Below are positions 40,197 to 48,361 of a stretch of 64,000 bases of DNA, in pieces (within the stretch, counting starts at the first letter, position 1; every line of letters begins with the position of its first letter). Source of the stretch: an uncultured Flavobacterium sp. (lineage in GTDB: Bacteria; Bacteroidota; Bacteroidia; Flavobacteriales; Flavobacteriaceae). Made by a program: the position numbers and the translations under genes. The DNA is taken from positions 6,674 through 70,673 of the forward strand of contig CAZXPF010000007.1 in the NCBI GenBank assembly GCA_964643105.1. Direction: 5' to 3'. Below the pieces are notes generated by a model that saw only the letters and a list, made by a program, of their open reading frames with translations, was not told where the DNA came from and did not search any database.

Positions 40197-40347
40197 AGCG
40201 TGGGATTGTAGCTTTATCCGTCTTGAGGTTCTGACAAAACCCTACGCCAAGATAAAGTACACCCACGCCATTGCATGAGCATCGACTTATTATCTTGTGG
40301 CGTATTGTAATTGTCAGATTTCAAGACCACGATAATAGCTAACGCTA
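40197..40347. other. 151-nt G+C-enriched imperfect palindrome; candidate structured RNA or DNA hairpin element
   Basis: Nested helices: 40197-40201/40343-40347, 40209-40213/40338-40342, 40214-40218/40332-40336, 40220-40237/40311-40327, 40243-40255/40290-40304. An alternative helix is 40198-40218/40251-40268. About 43% G+C (65/151, hand count). Confidence 0.6.
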
Positions 40348-40400
40348 TATTTTATGATATTTTAGTTTGCTAATTTAGTAATTTTTGTTATTTGTTTTTA

Positions 40401-41423
40401 TTATTCTAAATCTAAATTAGTTTGTATAGAATCTTCTTTAGGATTAAATTTTAAAGCTTTACTTAATTTTTTATTAAATGAGCTTTGTTTTATTGGTTCT
40501 TCTTCGCTTTTGTCAATTTCTCTTTCAATTTCGTCGAAGTTTAATTCAATTTGCCCATTTGCTCTGTCAACCATTATGTTAAATCTTGTTTTAAACTCTG
40601 ACCAACTATGACATGAACTCATTATACCAATTACTTTATATATTTGAGCTGTTAAAGCTGGATGTCCAATATCAGGTGTTAAACTTTGAAAAAATCTTGC
40701 TGTATAATTACCAGCAGTACTTTTTGGTGTTTTTGTCTTAAGCTCCTCTAATACTCCTTTTGGAAGTTGATTATAAATTAACTCATTTGTCCATCTACCG
40801 ATAACACCCGGTTTATTGTTTATGCCTTTAACAGTATAATTCCATTTATTTAATCTGAAAATTTCAAAATAAAATGTATCAGGAAACATTTTTTGCCATT
40901 TCAAAAGCTCTTTACCTATATATGCTTCAAGAATAATTTGTAAAGCATCACTCTCTCTTTCGTATTGGTAACCAGTTGCCTCATCAACAAGGGCTATAAT
41001 ACTTGTTTTAAGAAAAGCTTTTACAAGAATTCTACTTTGTTCTCCAATATGAATTTGATTTGGTTTTAATATTCCTTTTCCTAAAGCATCACTAAATAAA
41101 AAAGCAACTTGCGGTAAAATTTCAGCTTTATAACCAATACTTTTATTTCCATTTAAATCTATAAAAAATACAGGTTTAGAATTCTCTAATAACTCCTCGT
41201 CAATTAAGGGTTTTATATTAGAAGCACTTAAAAAAATAGGTGTTTGGAATTCTTCATCATAAGCCCTACCTCCTTTAGCTTTACCTGTTCTTCCTAAAGC
41301 TTTTAAAAATCCTATTCTACTTAAAACTCTTTCCCCATTAGGTAAATTATAAGCCGTAATATCAAAACCATTAATATTTAAATCTCCTTGATGAGTTGCT
41401 TCTAACATTTCTTTCTTAGTCAT
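40401..41423 (-). CDS. P63C-domain protein (phage-type regulatory/DNA-binding family), IS passenger
   Basis: 340 aa. ...IIALVDEATGYQYERESDALQ..., ...FPDTFYFEIFRLNKWNY..., ...KPGVIGRWTNELIYNQLPKGVLEELK...AGNYTARFFQ match my memory of P63C-domain proteins. Its start overlaps the transposase stop by 8 nt. Confidence 0.65.
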   Translation of the reverse strand: MTKKEMLEATHQGDLNINGFDITAYNLPNGERVLSRIGFLKALGRTGKAKGGRAYDEEFQTPIFLSASNIKPLIDEELLENSKPVFFIDLNGNKSIGYKAEILPQVAFLFSDALGKGILKPNQIHIGEQSRILVKAFLKTSIIALVDEATGYQYERESDALQIILEAYIGKELLKWQKMFPDTFYFEIFRLNKWNYTVKGINNKPGVIGRWTNELIYNQLPKGVLEELKTKTPKSTAGNYTARFFQSLTPDIGHPALTAQIYKVIGIMSSCHSWSEFKTRFNIMVDRANGQIELNFDEIEREIDKSEEEPIKQSSFNKKLSKALKFNPKEDSIQTNLDLE

Positions 41424-42333
41424 TTATTAATTCTTTATAGGTTAAACGATTATTTGAGTTTGAAAGTAATAAGTTAAAACGCATTGCTTCCGTTGTATCT
41501 CTTGTGTTGTATCTAAAAACAAATTCATCAACATACATTTGTAAATGTTTTTTAGAAGTGAAATGATATATACCAAATATACCTCTTTTTAGCAAACTCC
41601 AAAAACCTTCAATAGTATTTGTGTGAACTCTACCATTTACATATTCGTTTTGATTATGTTTTACAATTGAATGGTCGTAAATTCTTGAAACTCCTTTATA
41701 TCCTAACCATTCATCTGTATATAATGAAGCACTTTGTTTAACGTTAGCAACGATTTCACGAGTTAAAGTAGTAGAACCTACATTTTTAACAACATTAGCG
41801 TTTAATTTACCGTTTCTTTCAACTGTTCCAACAACAGGAGTTTTGTCTTTTGCACTTCTACCTTGTGAAGCAATTGCTTTTTTATGATTGTGGCGGTTTT
41901 TGTTTTTACCACCTACATAAGTTTCATCCGCTTCAACTTCGTTATCTAATTCATTGTTATTTTCAATACCAAAACATTTTCTAATACGTTGTAACATAAA
42001 CCAAGCTGATTTTTGAGTAATGTTTAAATCACGACCTAATTGTAAAGATGAAATTCCTTTTTTGTGAGAAGTTACAATCCAAATAGCAAGAAACCATTTT
42101 TGTAATTCCATTTTGGTATTATCAAACATAGTTTCAGTTTTTACATTGAAGTATTTACCTGTATTTTTACATTTGTATTTATTACCTTTACAGTTATAAA
42201 CCTTTGATGAAGCATCAAAAGGACTTACTACGTTACCATTCCAACGCAAAGTTTCCAGATGGTCAATGCAAGTTTGCTCATCTGGAAACGCTTTTATTAA
42301 GTCTAAAATTGATTTGAAATCTTGATTTATCAT
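41416..42333 (-). CDS. IS1595-family (ISXO2-like) DDE transposase
   Basis: 305 aa. Catalytic residues in VEADETYVGG, LYTDEWLGY and HTNTIEGFWSLLKR (DDE plus K at +7). N-terminal ...CIDHLETLRW... region. Confidence 0.88.
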   Translation of the reverse strand: MINQDFKSILDLIKAFPDEQTCIDHLETLRWNGNVVSPFDASSKVYNCKGNKYKCKNTGKYFNVKTETMFDNTKMELQKWFLAIWIVTSHKKGISSLQLGRDLNITQKSAWFMLQRIRKCFGIENNNELDNEVEADETYVGGKNKNRHNHKKAIASQGRSAKDKTPVVGTVERNGKLNANVVKNVGSTTLTREIVANVKQSASLYTDEWLGYKGVSRIYDHSIVKHNQNEYVNGRVHTNTIEGFWSLLKRGIFGIYHFTSKKHLQMYVDEFVFRYNTRDTTEAMRFNLLLSNSNNRLTYKELIND

Positions 42334-42383
42334 TACCTTTGTTTTAATTACATTACAAAGATAAGAAGTTAATTACACTAAAC

Positions 42384-42391
42384 CAAATTTA
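42384..42391 (-). promoter_or_regulatory. Candidate -7 box (TAAATTTG) of the transposase operon, in the loop of a 10-bp palindrome
   Basis: The minus strand reads TAAATTTG (TAnnTTTG consensus) about 51 nt upstream of the ATG at 42333, flanked by ttacactaaa (42373-42382) / tttagtgtaa (42392-42401). Confidence 0.3.
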
Positions 42392-42418
42392 TTTAGTGTA
42401 AAATTATATATAGTTGCC
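42387..42418. repeat. Terminal inverted repeat (transposase-proximal)
   Basis: See the 39647-39678 entry; 27/32 identity in inverted orientation. Confidence 0.85.
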
Positions 42419-42426
42419 TAAATAAT
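42419..42426. repeat. Right copy of the 8-bp target-site duplication TAAATAAT
   Basis: Identical to 39639-39646 and immediately outside the terminal repeat. Confidence 0.85.
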
Positions 42427-42522
42427 TTAGATATTCGGATTTTCAGATTATAGCTTTTTAGATAAATACTACCTAACAATCTTTCCGAAAATCTAAAATC
42501 CGAAAATCTGAACATCTTAAAA

Positions 42523-43311
42523 ATGAAACAAATCACTTCTATTCAAAATCCATTCATAAAATCTTTAGTGCAATTGCAAGAAAAGGCAAAAGCACGCAAA
42601 CAAACCGGTACCTTTTTAATTGAAGGAAAACGAGAAATTGAATTAGCCATAAAAGGAAATTACGAAATAGAAACAATATTATTTCTACCCGAATTAATTT
42701 CTGAAAAACAAGTAAACAGTTTAACAATCAAACAGTTAAGCACCATAGAAATATCAAAAGAAGTCTATCAAAAGTTAGCTTATCGCGATACGACTGAAGG
42801 CATTTTAGCGATTGCCAACACCAAAAGTTTATCACTTTCCGATTTAAAATTACCAGAAAATCCATTAATTTTAGTTTTAGAATCTATTGAAAAACCCGGA
42901 AACATTGGAGCCATGCTTCGTACAGCTGATGCAGCCAATATCGATGCTGTAATTTTAGCCAACCCAAAAAGCGATTTATATAATCCTAATATTGTTCGCT
43001 CTAGTGTGGGCTGCTTATTTACCAATCAAATTGCTTCAGGAACAACCGAAGAAGTTATTGCATTCTTAAAAGAAAAAAACATCAATTTTTATAGCGCTAC
43101 ACTACAAAACTCAAACGAATATCATAAAGTGGACTACTCTACACCAACAGCTTTAGTGGTTGGAACAGAAGCCACAGGCTTAACCCAACTTTGGAGAGAT
43201 GAAAGCACTCAAAACATCATAATTCCTATGCAAGGTGAAATTGATTCTATGAATGTTTCTGTAGCAGCAGCTATTTTATTGTTTGAAGCTAAGAGGCAAC
43301 GAGGATTTTGA
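42523..43311 (+). CDS. TrmH/SpoU-family RNA 2'-O-methyltransferase
   Basis: 262 aa. SPOUT motifs ...LESIEKPGNIGAMLRTADAA..., LVVGTEATGL, IPMQGEIDSMNVSVAAAILLFE. Confidence 0.85.
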   Translation: MKQITSIQNPFIKSLVQLQEKAKARKQTGTFLIEGKREIELAIKGNYEIETILFLPELISEKQVNSLTIKQLSTIEISKEVYQKLAYRDTTEGILAIANTKSLSLSDLKLPENPLILVLESIEKPGNIGAMLRTADAANIDAVILANPKSDLYNPNIVRSSVGCLFTNQIASGTTEEVIAFLKEKNINFYSATLQNSNEYHKVDYSTPTALVVGTEATGLTQLWRDESTQNIIIPMQGEIDSMNVSVAAAILLFEAKRQRGF

Positions 43312-43346
43312 TATTTTAACTGAATTTCTTCTAAAAACTCAACAAA

Positions 43347-43373
43347 AAAACCTGCAATCAAATCACAGGTTTT
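43347..43373. terminator. Stem-loop between convergent genes (likely a bidirectional terminator)
   Basis: aaaacctg (43347-43354) pairs with caggtttt (43366-43373); A-run and T-run flanks. Confidence 0.45.
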
Positions 43374-43394
43374 ATAAACAAACTCAAATACAGT

Positions 43395-43826
43395 CTAGCT
43401 CAGAGAAAAAAGAATTAAAACACTATCATTATCTCCCGAACCTTCAACAAAAATCATTAGTTCTTCTAATTCATCTTTTTTATTAGTTTTAATTAAAAAT
43501 CTAGCTTCCTTTCCTCCATCTGAAAATTTCATCAATTGGTCTAAACTTCTATTTTCCTTATACTTCTTTACAATTGACTTCATGTCTTTTCTCATAGCTT
43601 CATTGGAAGTACTAAAAATTTTTATAAACTCAATTTTCTTCAAGAAATCAACAATTTTTCTTTCTTCTGCATTCTCAACTTTCTCATTTATTGTAATATC
43701 AGAAAATAACTCTTTGTTTATTACCAAAGAAGAAACATCTTTATTGTTTTCAAACTTGCTAAAGGACTGTGAAAAAATAACCGTTGTGGAAAATAAAAAA
43801 ACCACTGTACTTAAAAAATTCTTCAT
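43395..43826 (-). CDS. Small secreted protein, DUF4252-like
   Basis: 143 aa with a signal peptide ...IFSQ. Size and pattern resemble DUF4252. By eye only. Confidence 0.4.
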   Translation of the reverse strand: MKNFLSTVVFLFSTTVIFSQSFSKFENNKDVSSLVINKELFSDITINEKVENAEERKIVDFLKKIEFIKIFSTSNEAMRKDMKSIVKKYKENRSLDQLMKFSDGGKEARFLIKTNKKDELEELMIFVEGSGDNDSVLILFSLS

Positions 43827-44082
43827 AATTTATTGTTTTTATTGTTAAAGATACACTTAAGACGAATGGAAAAACTTTTTGTTACAATGAAATGACTTAG
43901 CCGCTGATTAAACCATATGCATCAAGCCATTAAATAATTTTATGATATAAAAAGTTACTGATACTGTACAATATTGGTTAACCGTACATAGCAGTATTTT
44001 AATACCATATCGATATTTTTTTTTTGATTTTACAATTAAATTTCTTTAAAATAAAATCCCAAAAATTAATTTGTCCAATCCA

Positions 44083-44090
44083 TAACTTTG
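44083..44090 (+). promoter_or_regulatory. Candidate -7 box (TAACTTTG) upstream of rel/spoT
   Basis: Exact TAnnTTTG match 30 nt upstream of the ATG at 44120. No correctly spaced -33 TTG seen. Confidence 0.25.
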
Positions 44091-44119
44091 TTATAACTTT
44101 AGGTATCTAATGCACACCT

Positions 44120-46342
44120 ATGATAGAAATAGATTTAGAAGCCGAAAACAAAGCCATTGCGAAAGAATACAAAGAACTTTTACGCATTAGTTATCAAACA
44201 CTTTCAGTCGAAGATAAAAAACTAATTCGAAAAGCGTTTGATGTAGCCGTTGAAGCCCACAAAGACCAAAGACGAAAATCGGGAGAAGCATACATCTTCC
44301 ATCCTATTGCTGTAGCTAAAATTGTAGCATCAGAAATTGGACTAGGAGCAACATCCATTGCAGCTGCTCTAATGCACGATGTTGTGGAAGACACAGAAAT
44401 ATCGGTAAAAGACATTGAACAAATGTTCAACCCTAAAATTGCGCAATTGGTCGAAGGATTAACCAAAATCGCTCAGGTAAAAACCGAACAAGGTGTTTCC
44501 ATGCAAGCGGAAAATTTCCGTAAAATGTTGCTTACCTTAAACGAAGATGTTCGTGTAATCCTAATCAAAATCGCTGACCGATTACACAACATGCAAACTA
44601 TGGAAAGCATGGTGGATTATAAACAAGCGAAAATTGCTTCGGAAACTTTATACATCTACGCTCCTTTAGCACATCGTTTAGGCTTATACAACATCAAAAC
44701 TCAACTAGAAGATTTAGGTTTAAAATACACTGAACCTAGTGTTTACAATGATATAATCAGCAAAATTAAAGAAACGAAAGAAGAGCAAGATGAATATATC
44801 AAATCCATTTCGAGTGTTTTAAGCGAATCCATGACCAAGGAAGGCATTGAATTTTCTATAAAAGGAAGGCCAAAATCAATCTACTCCATCCGAAGAAAAA
44901 TGCTGGCTCAAAATGTAACCTTTGATGAAGTATATGATAAATTTGCCTTACGAATAATTTATAAGTCTAGTGTTCATGATGAAAAATTTCTGGCTTGGAA
45001 AATATATTCTATAGTAACTGATCATTATCGCCCAAGTCCAAGTCGTCTTCGGGATTGGATTTCATCTCCAAAATCTACGGGTTATGAAGCCCTTCATATT
45101 ACAGTAATGGGACCAAAAGGGCGTTGGGTAGAAATTCAAGTGCGTAGTGAACGAATGGATGAAATTGCTGAAAAAGGCTATGCAGCACATCATAAATATA
45201 AAGGTGTTGGTACAGAGGAACACGGTTTGGAAATTTGGTTGAACCAACTCAAAGAAGCCATTGAAAACCAGACATCTAATAATGCCGTTGACTTTGTAGA
45301 AGAATTCAAATTGAATTTATATGCCAAAGAAATTTATGTTTTTACCCCAAAAGGTGACATAAAATCTTTACCCAAAGGAGCAACTTCACTCGATTTTGCC
45401 TTTAGTATTCACTCAGAAATTGGGTGTAAAACGAGAGGAACACGTGTTAATGGAAAATTGGTTCCTTTAAATTATGTATTAAATAGCGGTGATCAAGTTG
45501 AAATTATTACTTCCGAAAATCAAAAACCAACTTCACAATGGCTAGACTATGTAACAACTTCTAGAGCTAAAAACAAAATCAAAAATGTTTTAAATGAAAA
45601 CACTAAAAAAATAGCTGAAGAAGGAAAAGAAATTCTAACCCGAAAACTGAGACATTTAAAAATCACCCTAAACGAAACAACTGTAAATGAATTGGTAAAC
45701 TTCTTCAAATTACAAACTAGTTTAGATTTATTTTACAGAGTGGGTTCTGGTTCAATAGAAAACCAAAAACTAAAAGAGTATGCAGCACAGAAAAGCAATA
45801 CACTAGTTAATTTCTTCAAGAAAACTATAACTAGATCACCTTCCATAAAATCAGACCCAAATCAAAAGAAAGAATCAAATAAAAAATATGACTTACTCGT
45901 TTTTGGTGTAGAACAAGACAAATTAGAATACAAATTATCTTCTTGTTGCAATCCCATTCCCGGCGATGATGTTTTTGGTTTTATAACCATCAATGAAGGC
46001 ATTAAAGTGCACCGAAAAGACTGTCCAAATGCCATAAGTATGCAATCAAATTATGCTTATCGCATCATGCAAGCCAAATGGATTGATTCTAGTCAGGAAG
46101 AATTTAGAGCTACATTAAACATTACTGGAATGGATACTTTAGGACTAACAAATGAATTAACAAGAGTCATCTCCAATGAAATGCATGTGAACATTCAAAA
46201 CATTTCTCTAAGTAGTGATGCCGGAATTTTTAATGGAAAAATAACCGTTGTAGTAGCCAACAATACCATCCTGAAAAAATTGATAGAAAACATCAAAAAA
46301 GTAGATGGTATCGATAAAATTACACGAATTTATAAGAATTAA
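44120..46342 (+). CDS. rel: Bifunctional (p)ppGpp synthetase/hydrolase (RelA/SpoT homologue)
   Basis: 740 aa. HD hydrolase motif HDVVEDT, synthetase region ...GRPKSIYSIRRKM..., then TGS and ACT-like C-terminal domains. Confidence 0.92.
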   Translation: MIEIDLEAENKAIAKEYKELLRISYQTLSVEDKKLIRKAFDVAVEAHKDQRRKSGEAYIFHPIAVAKIVASEIGLGATSIAAALMHDVVEDTEISVKDIEQMFNPKIAQLVEGLTKIAQVKTEQGVSMQAENFRKMLLTLNEDVRVILIKIADRLHNMQTMESMVDYKQAKIASETLYIYAPLAHRLGLYNIKTQLEDLGLKYTEPSVYNDIISKIKETKEEQDEYIKSISSVLSESMTKEGIEFSIKGRPKSIYSIRRKMLAQNVTFDEVYDKFALRIIYKSSVHDEKFLAWKIYSIVTDHYRPSPSRLRDWISSPKSTGYEALHITVMGPKGRWVEIQVRSERMDEIAEKGYAAHHKYKGVGTEEHGLEIWLNQLKEAIENQTSNNAVDFVEEFKLNLYAKEIYVFTPKGDIKSLPKGATSLDFAFSIHSEIGCKTRGTRVNGKLVPLNYVLNSGDQVEIITSENQKPTSQWLDYVTTSRAKNKIKNVLNENTKKIAEEGKEILTRKLRHLKITLNETTVNELVNFFKLQTSLDLFYRVGSGSIENQKLKEYAAQKSNTLVNFFKKTITRSPSIKSDPNQKKESNKKYDLLVFGVEQDKLEYKLSSCCNPIPGDDVFGFITINEGIKVHRKDCPNAISMQSNYAYRIMQAKWIDSSQEEFRATLNITGMDTLGLTNELTRVISNEMHVNIQNISLSSDAGIFNGKITVVVANNTILKKLIENIKKVDGIDKITRIYKN

Positions 46343-46429
46343 GCACCTTCAATTGTTAATAAATTTGGAAAACGTATTTCGCACAAAAAACAATATCAAA
46401 AAAAATAAAAGTATCTTTGCCAATATTTG

Positions 46430-46876
46430 ATGGTTAGTCCTATGGAAAACAACACAAATCAAGAAGTAGTAAAAAATGTTTTTACAAAGTATTTAGAAGA
46501 GAAAGCACATCGCAAAACTCCTGAACGCTACGCTATACTACAAGAAATTTATGATTCAAAAGAACATTTTGACATTGAATCATTGTACATTAAAATGAAA
46601 AACAAAAACTATCGTGTTAGTAGAGCCACGCTTTATAATACTATAGAATTATTGTTAGAATGTGGTTTGGTTCGTCGCCATCAATTTGGTCAAAATCAAG
46701 CACATTACGAAAAATCTTATTTTGACAAACAACATGATCATATTATCATGACAGATTCTGGAGAAGTAATTGAATTTTGCGATCCTAGAATTCAACAAAT
46801 CAAAGAAACGATGGAGGAAATTTTCGGAATTGATATTCAAACCCATTCGCTCTATTTTTATGCAACAAAAAAATAA
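46430..46876 (+). CDS. fur: Fur-family transcriptional regulator
   Basis: About 148 aa. The start is ambiguous (TTG 46427, ATG 46430 or ATG 46442). Winged-helix ...[14 protein letters not shown]... and a C-terminal dimerisation/metal region ...HDHII... Confidence 0.75.
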   Translation: MVSPMENNTNQEVVKNVFTKYLEEKAHRKTPERYAILQEIYDSKEHFDIESLYIKMKNKNYRVSRATLYNTIELLLECGLVRRHQFGQNQAHYEKSYFDKQHDHIIMTDSGEVIEFCDPRIQQIKETMEEIFGIDIQTHSLYFYATKK

Positions 46877-46897
46877 ATTTTAAATTAATACATGCAC

Positions 46898-46918
46898 GGA
46901 CAAGTCTCGACTTGTTCC
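46898..46918 (+). terminator. Short G+C-rich hairpin after fur and upstream of purA (terminator or attenuator)
   Basis: ggacaagtc / gacttgttcc with one bulged t; no strong T-run. Confidence 0.3.
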
Positions 46919-46941
46919 TATTAAACAACAAACACAACTAA

Positions 46942-48222
<1,281 letters not shown>

Positions 48223-48244
48223 TCTATTGATTCAAATAAAAATT

Positions 48245-48282
48245 AAACCGTAGCTTCAATATTTTAGAAACTACGGTTTTTT
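48245..48282 (+). terminator. Intrinsic terminator after purA
   Basis: aaaccgtag (48245-48253) pairs with ctacggttt (48271-48279), followed by a T-run. Confidence 0.55.
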
Positions 48283-48361
48283 AATTAAATACTTATAAAA
48301 CTTTCTTAATAGAAATCAGCATATTTACTTTTTAATTAAATTTGGCACAAAATAGAAACTC

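Larger units (their letters stand above)
39647..42418 (-). mobile_element. IS1595-family transposon (2,772 bp) with passenger genes
   Basis: Terminal inverted repeats match at 27/32 positions, starting GGTAACTAT / GGCAACTAT. Perfect 8-bp direct repeats flank it. An intact DDE transposase lies inside. All internal genes are on the minus strand. Confidence 0.88.

Noticed and set aside
40197-40347. Reading the G+C-rich palindrome as a tRNA, tmRNA, a riboswitch I know, a group II intron domain, a CRISPR repeat or a small-peptide gene
   Set aside because: There is no cloverleaf or T-loop (GGTTCGA-type) sequence and no conserved riboswitch core that I recognise. It is a single copy, so not an array. 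The embedded ORFs are 6, 11 and 22 codons with no ribosome-binding context. It is kept as an unclassified structured element instead.
43283-43848. ORFs 43283-43486 and 43582-43848 (+ strand) around the DUF4252-like gene
   Set aside because: They are antisense to a gene with a good signal peptide and cross the convergent terminator. They look like shadow ORFs.
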